Shown here: positions 31,376 to 40,580 of the stretch, in pieces
How the letters are laid out: each line of letters begins with the position of its first letter
How positions within the stretch are numbered: the stretch's first letter is position 1
From: an uncultured virus (IMG/VR IMGVR_UViG_3300010357_000155)
Lineage: Duplodnaviria > Heunggongvirae > Uroviricota > Caudoviricetes
Virus record (IMG/VR): IMGVR_UViG_3300010357_000155
Reading direction: 5' to 3' (one strand)
DNA: 64,000 bases
Notes under the pieces: model-generated
The model's database searches: none
Told to the model about the DNA's origin: nothing
The model's input: only the letters and a program-made list of their open reading frames with translations
Program-made: the position numbers and the translations under genes

Positions 31376-31664
31376 ATTCTATAATTTTAACCCAAAACTC
31401 TTTATAACTACAGTCAAGAATCTCTTCTTCATCATTACGCTGGTATTTAATTTTGACTAAATGTTTCTCATCAAAACCGGCAGGTAATACCACCTTATCA
31501 ATAACTGTTGCAAGTTCTTTATCATATTTGAACTTGTCAGTAGTTTCAATAGTTGTCCCTCTCGTAATTCCAAATAACGAGCGTTTTCTTTTCTTTTGAT
31601 ACTCTATGCATTCTCTAAACATTTTATTTAGGAATATCAGGAGACTTATGTTCAGGAAGAGCAT
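31374..31664 (-). CDS. Hypothetical protein
   Basis: Likely start ATG ~31622 just after the upstream stop. Confidence 0.5.
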   Translation of the reverse strand: MLFLNISLLIFLNKMFRECIEYQKKRKRSLFGITRGTTIETTDKFKYDKELATVIDKVVLPAGFDEKHLVKIKYQRNDEEEILDCSYKEFWVKIIE

Positions 31665-31860
31665 CCATTAAATCAGCATGTTGTCTAGCTAATTTAACAA
31701 TCTCAGGATCGCCGTTATCTTTTTCAACTTCATCTGCATAGAAACGAACTGTTTTAGCAGCGTGTTTATCTTTACCTAAAAGAAGAAAGACTGGCATGTC
31801 TTCAGGTATCTTTCCTTTAGGATCTTGAATTCTATCATAATCAGGACGAGCATGTAGCAT
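31624..31860 (-). CDS. Small conserved phage hypothetical protein
   Basis: PEDMPVFLLLGKDKHAAKTVRFYA motif; AAGGA RBS. Confidence 0.7.
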   Translation of the reverse strand: MLHARPDYDRIQDPKGKIPEDMPVFLLLGKDKHAAKTVRFYADEVEKDNGDPEIVKLARQHADLMDALPEHKSPDIPK

Positions 31861-32141
31861 AACAATTCCTTTTAAAGTTTAATCTCATAAAGTTAAAGAT
31901 AAATTAAAAAAGAAAAAGAACACCAGATTCCTCTAGTGTCGTTTTTACATATATTATTTTTTTTTTCGTACCCCCGATTTTATAACCGGTTACAAGTGCC
32001 GATGACGTTTTGTGGTGTGTTCGAGTCTTGGGGACTCTCACCCACTACCTCTTAACTCTTTAGTAGAATTAAGATATATAAAATCAAAAGATTTTGTAAC
32101 TGTAAAAAATTAATGTGAAAAATAACTATTGAAAGTATGAT

Positions 32142-34343
32142 TTGAGTAATAAACTAAGGAATTCCGTCATGGAAATTACAGCAAAAACAGACCAGTCTAG
32201 ATTTATAGAATCGATCGACGCTACGTTCGATAGAGAATGGTTGAAGAGTACCTTTATTCTTAAAGACGAAGACATTGTTATTGGTGATGAATACAGTAAA
32301 TGGGTAAGAAAGAATCGTTACATTTCTTCTGCTGACTTTAAGTTTACGTCAACATCACCTGGTATGAATATGGCTGTTAATCCCAAGCCACAGTTTACTA
32401 GATATGCAGATATTAGAGTTAAAGGAAAGATTGAAAGTCGACCTTACAATATTAGTGTCGGTACAACAGGACATCCGAATGGTCTTGGTATGGGTCGTTA
32501 TTATTCTGAAGCGATTGATGATAACGCACAACGTATCTTTTTAAGATTCGGTGTACCTAAATACATTCCTTTGTTACTCTGGATCTATAAGTCATTCGAC
32601 GTAGATAAAGTTGTATTACAAAACAGAGGTGTTATCACTTCTACAATTATTGAAGCTGTCGGTGTAGTAGCAAAAATATTTGCTATTGGAGCGGCACCTC
32701 TTTTAGCATTTAGTGTATTTGCTGCTAATGTTATTACACAGAGTAGTCGATTCTATTCGGTTAAAGATACAATGTATACGTACTGGTGTACTGTTGAAAA
32801 TATCCTTAACCAGATGGTTGCTCGTAGAACAATGATTCCTCATGTTCTTCAAGACTATACATTTAAATTAGACAGCAGAGTTGGTACTGAACAAAAACCA
32901 TCTAAAGAGTTTATAGAAGATATAGAAAAATTATTACCTGGTGTTGTTGATCCAGATACTGGACGTATTAGTGTGTTTGCTTTAGCGTTAAGAGCACAAG
33001 CTGAATTTAATAAAATAAAACATCTAGATGTTAAGAAAAATGAAAGTAGGAAGCTTTCAGAAGACTTTACAGGATATCCTGAAACAGGGGATACAACACA
33101 TGACACTTACTTCACTAATCGTAAAGGTGAGAAAAGCTTTTTTACTAAGTATTTGTTTGAAAAAGCATATGACTTATTAATTAAAGATAATAAGGATAAC
33201 GAAGTTAGTTTAGATAAAGATGCTTCTGGTGGTAGTTCTACCAATCAATCAGGTCTTATTGATTTTGATGCTACATATACCGATGAAAATGGTAAGATAT
33301 TAGATACAACGCTTGATCCGAATGATCCTAAAGATTCAGTTGAAAAACGCATAATGGCTAATGCTGAAAAGAAAAAGGATGGTTGGGGTAAGTATCGTGA
33401 ATACATTCTTGCTGAATTATCAGAAGGCGCAGCTTTTGCTGTCTTTAATGTTGAGTACACCGGTTCAATTGGTGAGTCATTTAGTAACTCATTCGGTTCT
33501 AATCCATTAGAATCAACATTTAACTCAATCAGTTCTAAGGCTCGTAACCTTACAGACTTAATGTCGTCAGCAGCTAACATTCCAGTTGTTGGTGACGCTA
33601 TGAAATTTGCTGCTGATACAGGTGCTAAGATTCTAAGTGAAGCAAGCTTTGGTCTCGCTAACCCTCTTTTAGCTTTGGCATATGGTGTTAACATCACCAT
33701 GCCTAAGGTTTGGGAATCTAGTTCAGCCACACTACCAAGAGCAAGTTATAAAATCAAGTTAATTTCTCCTTATGGAAATGCTTATTCTCAGTTATTCAAT
33801 ATCTATTTACCGATGGCAATGATCCTCGCTGGTAGTCTTCCGAGATCAACTGGTTCTACTTCTTACACATATCCATTCTTCTGTCAACTCTTTGACAGAG
33901 GTAGAACAAATATTCAATTAGGTATGGTAGAAAGTGTTTCATTTACACGTGGTACTTCCAATCTTGGGTTTAGTAGAAGTGGCCATCCAAATGCTATCGA
34001 TGTTGATTTATCCATTGCTAATCTTGATGAAATGATTGCAGTAGATGTTTCAAGCGCTGGTGTTATTGGAAAAGCTACAGCAGCTTTAAGTCCTGATTTT
34101 AGTGATACTCCATTTGTTTCTTACTTAAACACATTAACCGCTGTTGACGTTTACACACAAATTTATAGACTTCCAATGTTAAGACTTAAGCTTGCTGAAC
34201 GTATGGCAAATATTAAAGCTGTCGTTAATCCAGATCCAGCGGCATTCGCAGCAATGACTGTTGAGAACTTCCCAGGACTTGGATTTGCTAAAACTATACT
34301 TGGTGATAACAACCAAGCATTACAAGACATTACAATGCGATAA
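32142..34343 (+). CDS. Tail/baseplate structural protein (phiKZ gp182-like)
   Basis: 733 aa; NPKPQFTRYADI, GMGRYYSEAIDDN, PKVWESS, LISPYGN, RGTSNLGF motifs. Confidence 0.75.
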   Translation: MSNKLRNSVMEITAKTDQSRFIESIDATFDREWLKSTFILKDEDIVIGDEYSKWVRKNRYISSADFKFTSTSPGMNMAVNPKPQFTRYADIRVKGKIESRPYNISVGTTGHPNGLGMGRYYSEAIDDNAQRIFLRFGVPKYIPLLLWIYKSFDVDKVVLQNRGVITSTIIEAVGVVAKIFAIGAAPLLAFSVFAANVITQSSRFYSVKDTMYTYWCTVENILNQMVARRTMIPHVLQDYTFKLDSRVGTEQKPSKEFIEDIEKLLPGVVDPDTGRISVFALALRAQAEFNKIKHLDVKKNESRKLSEDFTGYPETGDTTHDTYFTNRKGEKSFFTKYLFEKAYDLLIKDNKDNEVSLDKDASGGSSTNQSGLIDFDATYTDENGKILDTTLDPNDPKDSVEKRIMANAEKKKDGWGKYREYILAELSEGAAFAVFNVEYTGSIGESFSNSFGSNPLESTFNSISSKARNLTDLMSSAANIPVVGDAMKFAADTGAKILSEASFGLANPLLALAYGVNITMPKVWESSSATLPRASYKIKLISPYGNAYSQLFNIYLPMAMILAGSLPRSTGSTSYTYPFFCQLFDRGRTNIQLGMVESVSFTRGTSNLGFSRSGHPNAIDVDLSIANLDEMIAVDVSSAGVIGKATAALSPDFSDTPFVSYLNTLTAVDVYTQIYRLPMLRLKLAERMANIKAVVNPDPAAFAAMTVENFPGLGFAKTILGDNNQALQDITMR

Positions 34344-34483
34344 CTATACCTCTAAGAGCTTCACAGAGGCTCTCTAAGCGGTTTAAATTGGTAAGACGAT
34401 GAATGTTATACGGAACAGAAATAAACTCTTAAAACGCGTAAGAAACATCCAGAGGTTAAACCTCTGGATGTTATCTTTATGTA

Positions 34484-35419
34484 TTACTGTGCAGCAACTT
34501 CTTCAACACTAGAAATGACTTCAACAGCTTCAGCTTCGATAACAGCAGGAGCTGCCGGAACCAGAGCTTGATGAATTGCTTCTGCATCAGCAGACAGACG
34601 TTGAGCTTCTTCAGCTTCACGAGCTTGTTGCTTGGCAATAGCAACACGATACAGGTCGTCGTAATTGACATCCTTGAGGATAACAAAAATTTCCTTACGA
34701 ACGATAAAGTCAAACACACGAACAGACCAGTCTTCAACACCGTGTTGTTGCACGAGTTGCTGCATGATCTTACCGTTGGTAGCCGAGACATCCATTTCTT
34801 CGACGATATGACGAATGTTAACGGACATCTTATCCATGACTTCGATTTCAGCTTGGTTGATCTGAACGATAGCCATCAGGTTCATGAACTGAGCTTCGGT
34901 CAACTTAACCGGGAATGACAGACCAAGGTGGACTTGGTTAACCGGATCACGAGTATCACCCATGAAGAAAGCCGATTCATTGAAATCAAGATCGACACCC
35001 AGCGTACCAAGAACGTCAACACCCAGTTCTTCCAGCAGTTCACGCTTAGCAGCAGTGATACAGGTAGCAACCAGATCATCCTTGGTCATGACAAAGTGTT
35101 CGGTAGTATCTTCTGCGGTGTGTGCGGAAGTAGCCTTGATATCGGTCAGTTGGTCGATATGACCACCGAAACCAATACTGGTCTTAGACAGCAGACGATC
35201 TTCACTACCTTGTGCAGCACGCTTGTATTGTGCAAACACGATCTTGCCTTCAGCAAAATTCGGTGTGTAGAAAGTGACATAAGGAATAACTTGCAGGAAC
35301 TTGTTGTTCGGGTCTTCACAGATCTCACGAGCAACAAAACAAGAATCGATAGTTTCGGCTTCGCCGCGAATAAGAGCAGAAATTTCTTCGAAAGAATTAA
35401 TACAGAGTGCACGCTTCAT
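34484..35419 (-). CDS. NUDIX-family phosphoesterase
   Basis: LQVIPYV, EDRLLSKTSIGFGGHI, AAKRELLEELG Nudix box, VNQVHLG. Confidence 0.85.
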   Translation of the reverse strand: MKRALCINSFEEISALIRGEAETIDSCFVAREICEDPNNKFLQVIPYVTFYTPNFAEGKIVFAQYKRAAQGSEDRLLSKTSIGFGGHIDQLTDIKATSAHTAEDTTEHFVMTKDDLVATCITAAKRELLEELGVDVLGTLGVDLDFNESAFFMGDTRDPVNQVHLGLSFPVKLTEAQFMNLMAIVQINQAEIEVMDKMSVNIRHIVEEMDVSATNGKIMQQLVQQHGVEDWSVRVFDFIVRKEIFVILKDVNYDDLYRVAIAKQQAREAEEAQRLSADAEAIHQALVPAAPAVIEAEAVEVISSVEEVAAQ

Positions 35420-35527
35420 TGATAACTCCTAATAGGTATTTGGGAAATCCATACAATATATTGCTTATTAAAAAATAAAAAAAAAAATACTACCACTGGT
35501 TAGGTGGTAGTATATTGTTGTTAACTG

Positions 35528-36193
35528 TTACGCAGTAGCGACAGCGAGACCCTCTTCGCTATCAGCTTCTTGCGGCTGAGTTTCAGAAACTTCTTCTGCG
35601 ACCGGTGGAGGTTGCAGGTTGAACTTGACGCGCACAACTTCGTCAATCCAGCTATGCACATCGTCCGAATTGAAGTTCGGAATGATGGTATTATTGAGGG
35701 ATTTCAAACCGTCCTTATTACCCTCGATGTAGTTGTGCTTAACCAGCTTCTTCAGAACTTCAGCGTTGAGCTGGCTCTGCGGAAACTCCTTGAGACCGTT
35801 GACATGGATCTTGTATTCGACCCACGGCAGTTCGAGCAGATCAGTGCTCGAGTTCTTGATTTGTTTCACAAGCTCAGCATGCATGCTTGCAAGCTGATAC
35901 CACTTTGCCAGGTAACCGGCACGAAGATACTTCAAGTACTCGTCCTTTGTCATGGACGGAAGACGGGTCGGTTGACCGGCGTGACGCTGCATTTCGTCGC
36001 CGGTAGCAAGCCAAGCCATGAACGCCAAAGGAGAAACAAATTCCCCCAGTTGCGGAAAGAAGAACTTCTTGCGCCAGGTCATGGCGGCATATTTTCCGAT
36101 TTGTGTGGCGCTAAACGGTGAGACCATGACATGATCACCACCATCAATCTTGAACGCCACTTTAATCATTGCTTCCTTAATAGAGATAGACAT
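35528..36193 (-). CDS. Hypothetical protein, paralog of 19851..20480
   Basis: IDGGDHVMVSPFSATQIGK...FFFPQLGEFVSP; GAGGA RBS; promoter motif at 36261-36275. Confidence 0.7.
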   Translation of the reverse strand: MSISIKEAMIKVAFKIDGGDHVMVSPFSATQIGKYAAMTWRKKFFFPQLGEFVSPLAFMAWLATGDEMQRHAGQPTRLPSMTKDEYLKYLRAGYLAKWYQLASMHAELVKQIKNSSTDLLELPWVEYKIHVNGLKEFPQSQLNAEVLKKLVKHNYIEGNKDGLKSLNNTIIPNFNSDDVHSWIDEVVRVKFNLQPPPVAEEVSETQPQEADSEEGLAVATA

Positions 36194-36341
36194 TTTTCAT
36201 TCCTCGTAGGCTCGGTTGAGAGTCTCTTAACTTAGAGCCATTGTTAAGAGTAGGGTCAGATACTAAATATGTAACTGAAAACTTTCCCATTGCAATTAGT
36301 ACCTCTGGAGGTATTTCCTCCAGAGGTTTTGGTTTATCCCT

Positions 36342-37004
36342 TTAGTTTAACAAGAAGGTCTCAAAGAAGGGTTTGACTTTCCGTACTCCACCGTCGGCAT
36401 CTACAAATTCTATTTTGCCAACAATATACACTTTTCCTTCGTCTACATCTGTATTGACTGAGAAGGGGATGATGTCACCGTAATCTGAAAACAAGGAATA
36501 AACTTTTTCCAGTTTATTATCCTCAATACTAACGATAGTAAAAATATAATCGCTGTATTTTTTATCATAACCAACAAGATAAATTCGATTTTTCTTTTGA
36601 ATGTAACTAGAAATCTCGATTGTTTTCAGACAACTAAGACTGTTGATGATTCCATCGGGTTGACAATAAACAATTTCTTCGGTGTAGGTAACTGTGTTCT
36701 TGTCATCAATTTTGAATTTGAAACTTTTATTTTTATATTGAACAATACCGATAAATGAATACTCGTTACTGTTGGTACAGAAAGGTTTAAAGAACTTGAT
36801 GTGTTCAAAATCCTTAAACTCAACTGGTACTGTTATTTCATCGATATACTCGACGATATAGAATTTATCAGTAGTAATTTTGTAAAGTTTATGCTCCTCA
36901 TGGTCGAAGAAGAAAAAGAAAATATTGAATCGATCGGAATAAACAAACAAATGTTCACCGTTGAATTCAAGATCCGACAGCTTAATTTCTTTATTTTCCT
37001 GCAT
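36342..37004 (-). CDS. Hypothetical beta-rich protein
   Basis: 220 aa, GGAGG RBS. Confidence 0.65.
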   Translation of the reverse strand: MQENKEIKLSDLEFNGEHLFVYSDRFNIFFFFFDHEEHKLYKITTDKFYIVEYIDEITVPVEFKDFEHIKFFKPFCTNSNEYSFIGIVQYKNKSFKFKIDDKNTVTYTEEIVYCQPDGIINSLSCLKTIEISSYIQKKNRIYLVGYDKKYSDYIFTIVSIEDNKLEKVYSLFSDYGDIIPFSVNTDVDEGKVYIVGKIEFVDADGGVRKVKPFFETFLLN

Positions 37005-37068
37005 AGCTTACCTCCGTAATAAGACTACACTCTAGGGAGATTGACTCCCCCTAGAGATGCAGTTCAGA

Positions 37069-37554
37069 TTACTTACTGAACATGCCTGCGAATTCTTCAG
37101 ACATGGAATCACGAACAGCCTTCAGACCACTACCCTTGACAGACGAAGAAGAAACAGTCGTATGCATAACGAGATGCTTGGTGACTTCCTTCTCAGACGG
37201 GTCCTTGGCCAGATGGTTCTGGAAGGTCTTGGAACGAGCAACACTGATGTTGATTGCATCGCTCTTACCGAAGTAGCCAACTTCTGCTTCAACGGTTTCA
37301 AGAGCTTTGTTTTCCTTGAAAACTTGAGCAGCCAGTTCACCGACAGCAACGTGAGTGGCGGTCACGAAACGGCCGTTGTACTTGGACAGTTCTTCAACAG
37401 TCTTGGCGGTATGACCTTCAGGAAGACCAGCCAGATATGCGGAATGCGATTCGGTTTCTTTGATGGTTGCGCCATCGACAGTCAGTGCCGCTTTGATCTT
37501 TGCAGCCAGATCAGAATGTTTTTGCAGATTTTCTGCTTTAAAGTTAACGCCCAT
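37069..37554 (-). CDS. Highly expressed small conserved protein (possible DNA-binding)
   Basis: 161 aa, AAGGAG RBS, strong codon bias, own promoter motif (37711-37724) and terminator (37030-37056). Confidence 0.75.
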   Translation of the reverse strand: MGVNFKAENLQKHSDLAAKIKAALTVDGATIKETESHSAYLAGLPEGHTAKTVEELSKYNGRFVTATHVAVGELAAQVFKENKALETVEAEVGYFGKSDAINISVARSKTFQNHLAKDPSEKEVTKHLVMHTTVSSSSVKGSGLKAVRDSMSEEFAGMFSK

Positions 37555-37825
37555 TTGAAACTCCTTGATGATGGTAATGTCTGATTGACATCGGGTCTAG
37601 GAAAAATATATTACAAAACAAGGTTCCGGTAACAAAACACTTGTTAACCAGATCACCAATTAATATCGTAGATTAATAAAAAATTAATGTTCATAAGGGT
37701 TAGAGACAATTAATATATATGTCACTATTTTATGTTCCGTAACAGGAAAAGGTCTTATACGATTTTAAATAAATATGAGAATCCTTTTGTTAACAACATC
37801 TTCAATCATCATAGAGGTGGGTTAA

Positions 37826-38311
37826 ATGCAAACTTTAACACCCTGTAACAACACGTCAAGTTTATTAAACAAATTTTACAAGAACTTAACACTATTCTTA
37901 TTTTTTATCCTGCCGTCAAAGATAGCTAACATTTTTATTAATCTATCTATACTGGCTATTATTTATGATATCCGTAATATCAGTTTTAGTGCTGATAAAA
38001 TTAATACGGACAAAGTACATAACCTATTAAAGATCACAGTCAGTGAAGAAATATTATTACTACCCAGTTATACTATTCATTGGTTCTGGGATGATAATTT
38101 TTTAAATACAACGACTGTTATCGACAGCCATGAGTATACCTTAAAAGAAATTATCAGAGATTCACATCTGTTTTTTTCACACATCTGTTTTGTTATTGAC
38201 ATGTTTATTAATCACCTCCCGCAGACAATGAAACTTAAACTAGGTGTGACAAACGTAAAGAAAAGAATTGAAGTTAAGCATAATTTAATGAACATCCTGA
38301 TTTACAGTTAA
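37826..38311 (+). CDS. Hypothetical protein
   Basis: 161 aa, GAGGT RBS, hydrophobic N-terminal half. Confidence 0.55.
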   Translation: MQTLTPCNNTSSLLNKFYKNLTLFLFFILPSKIANIFINLSILAIIYDIRNISFSADKINTDKVHNLLKITVSEEILLLPSYTIHWFWDDNFLNTTTVIDSHEYTLKEIIRDSHLFFSHICFVIDMFINHLPQTMKLKLGVTNVKKRIEVKHNLMNILIYS

Positions 38312-38354
38312 CAGAAAATACTAGAAGGAGCAGTTGCTCCTTCTAGTATGTTTA

Positions 38355-38750
38355 TTATTCAAATGTCGCAGCGAGAGAAAATAACTCATCAATTTGGTCT
38401 TCAGATAAACCTAAAAGAGGAAGCAGCGTAGTAACCAATGCAGAACTTCTATTAATTATTGAAGCATAGTCCCATTCAATTCTAGCCGCTTTACCTTGTA
38501 TTCCAGGCATAGAGGCGATGATCTGGTCAACTGTCTCAAGTAAGCCAAAATGTAACAAGGCTAATTTACCTTGTCTCATAGTTACTTCTTGAGGAATATT
38601 GCCAGGAGAAACTTTATCAGGAACTGGTTCAAGTGAACCTAGCATTAATTCAACTGTGGTATATTGGTCACTTGTTTTAGGTAGTCTATCGGTTAGAATA
38701 CCATCATCATATATTTCTATAAACTCGTCAAAGATCTTAACTTTTCTCAT
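38355..38750 (-). CDS. Tail-fibre-associated / chaperone-like small protein
   Basis: PQEVTMRQGKLAL...ARIEWDYA...LGLSEDQIDELF motif typical of genes downstream of phage fibre genes. Confidence 0.7.
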   Translation of the reverse strand: MRKVKIFDEFIEIYDDGILTDRLPKTSDQYTTVELMLGSLEPVPDKVSPGNIPQEVTMRQGKLALLHFGLLETVDQIIASMPGIQGKAARIEWDYASIINRSSALVTTLLPLLGLSEDQIDELFSLAATFE

Positions 38751-38755
38751 AATTA

Positions 38756-39388
38756 TTACTCCACCATATAAATAGCAGGAAGATTACTAGTACCTGATAA
38801 AAGATCGGTCGGCGCAATAGCCGGTAATCCAAATGCAGGATAATCTTTATAAAGATGACTAATACCAGTGTTTGCACTAACGGTTCTACCCAGAGACGAA
38901 GCTACTGAATAAATGTTAACAGCTCTTAAAGTAGGAGCACCACTTGTCATAATTCCAAACCAATATAACGTATTTGGTTCAAGTGTATATGCAATTGCGG
39001 CATCTTTATTTCCGGTAGGATTACTAGTACTTAAACCGGTTACAGAAGCTAATAATTGATATGGATTATCATTACCATTTGCAATTTTAATATTGTTATA
39101 AATACCTATAGCTGCTGTTCCATTAGCTTGAGCAGTAGTGTTAATTCTTAACTTAGATAAAGTTAAAGGTCTTGGCGTGACAAACGGAATTATATATAAA
39201 CGCCTAGTTATCATAGCCAATGTTGCTAAAGCATATATATTATTATCTCCAACTATTTTTGGAGTTTCTTTACGAACAGGGTATGGTATTAAACCACCAC
39301 CTCCATTTGATCCTGATAACTGTAATGTATCTGTTCCAGTATTATCAGAAATATGAATACTTAAAATGCCGGCAGTGTTTGTTCTATG
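38756..39388 (-). CDS. Tail-associated beta-sandwich protein; frame open to 39388 with no ATG/RBS, probably joined to the upstream 50-aa ORF
   Basis: Track calls 38756..39220 from TTG, but the frame is open a further 56 codons (...TAGILSIHISDNTGTDTLQLSGSNGGGGLIPYP...). Confidence 0.55.
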   Translation of the reverse strand, partial: HRTNTAGILSIHISDNTGTDTLQLSGSNGGGGLIPYPVRKETPKIVGDNNIYALATLAMITRRLYIIPFVTPRPLTLSKLRINTTAQANGTAAIGIYNNIKIANGNDNPYQLLASVTGLSTSNPTGNKDAAIAYTLEPNTLYWFGIMTSGAPTLRAVNIYSVASSLGRTVSANTGISHLYKDYPAFGLPAIAPTDLLSGTSNLPAIYMVE

Positions 39389-39513
39389 CTATCAAGTCGA
39401 TTAATTACTTCTTGAACATTAAAACTACCTACACCTAAAATCTCTTCTAGTCTTTTAATTTTATTAAATAAATCTGTTTTATCAAAATAAAAAGGATCTA
39501 ACCCTGGTGACAT
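39361..39513 (-). CDS. 50-aa ORF not in track (MSPGLDPFYFDKTDLFNKIKRLEEILG...TLPAF)
   Basis: ATG 39513 after GAGGT; late-type motif AATTTTTTGAA at ~39540-39550; coiled-coil-like. Confidence 0.6.
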   Translation of the reverse strand: MSPGLDPFYFDKTDLFNKIKRLEEILGVGSFNVQEVINRLDSIEQTLPAF

Positions 39514-39585
39514 TTTAGTAACCTCTAATAATATATTAATTCAAAAAATTAACTCTACCAGGATTTAACCTGGTAGAGTATTAAC

Positions 39586-40572
39586 TTAATTTTCTATCGT
39601 GAACATATCTAAGAAATAAGCTCTAGTTAATCTATAGGTACTTCCTACTAACCTATGATCGTTATAAAGTTTAATATCTGTGAAACTTCCATTGGAAATA
39701 AGATGTTGGTTATAGTAAGCATCATCAAGATAAACAGTGAATTTTGTATCATTGGTTTTCTTTTTGAAATACTCACCTAACTTTCCATAGCCAACTAAAA
39801 TAGGCATAGTCGGATCAATTTCAGTTCTAAAATTACCAGGGACAGTACTATGTTCTAGATATATTTTATTTAATGTAAGATTATCAATCGGAAGATCAAC
39901 TAAAAAAGAATTAAAACTTGTAAGGAAACTAATGATAGCAGCATCTGATCTAGCTACACCAGCATCGATTAAAGAAGGATTATTAATAGAGATAGGAATA
40001 TTAAGTTCTTCAAAAATATCTCTGCAATGATTCAATTCATAAAGTTTTTCAATGTAATTTAATCTATCTAATCTCAGAGCAAAAGATCGATCAGAAACAC
40101 GATAAAAGAACTCAGGACTTTCAAATACCATATATCCACAAATAACTAGAATAGGTGTCTGTATAGGTTGATCAAAAGTAATGATTGCCTTTTCATATAA
40201 AGTATAAGGTGCTTCAGGTGTTACCATACTAATATTGATAGGTAACTTAACAATGTTACTATTAAGTTTATTAAAGCTTAAAATACCAACGTGATTGGTT
40301 CTGGCTTTTAGCATAGTCTTTGTTGCGTTAGGTATATACAACCTTCCATCAACAAACTGTGTAGGATAAACATAACCATTCACAGACATCAGACACTTAT
40401 TGTGTAAGAGATCCATATCTGTAAAAGTGTTAGGACGTGTAACTTCCATATCAGGAAAGTTGTCTTTGTGATAGTAAGCTAATTCATCATAGTTGTTAAA
40501 TCCAATCTTACAGATATTGAACTTGTAACCAGAGGTATTAGCTAACTGATAATTGAAATGTTTTTCTGTCAT
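39586..40572 (-). CDS. Probable virion structural protein
   Basis: 328 aa, CLMSVNG...GRLYI motif, in late-type operon. Confidence 0.6.
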   Translation of the reverse strand: MTEKHFNYQLANTSGYKFNICKIGFNNYDELAYYHKDNFPDMEVTRPNTFTDMDLLHNKCLMSVNGYVYPTQFVDGRLYIPNATKTMLKARTNHVGILSFNKLNSNIVKLPINISMVTPEAPYTLYEKAIITFDQPIQTPILVICGYMVFESPEFFYRVSDRSFALRLDRLNYIEKLYELNHCRDIFEELNIPISINNPSLIDAGVARSDAAIISFLTSFNSFLVDLPIDNLTLNKIYLEHSTVPGNFRTEIDPTMPILVGYGKLGEYFKKKTNDTKFTVYLDDAYYNQHLISNGSFTDIKLYNDHRLVGSTYRLTRAYFLDMFTIEN

Positions 40573-40580
40573 GACAAGTC

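Noticed and set aside
31960..32060. tRNA (contains GTTCGAGTC)
   Set aside because: No acceptor, D or anticodon stems could be built around the T-loop-like sequence; kept only as a generic ncRNA candidate
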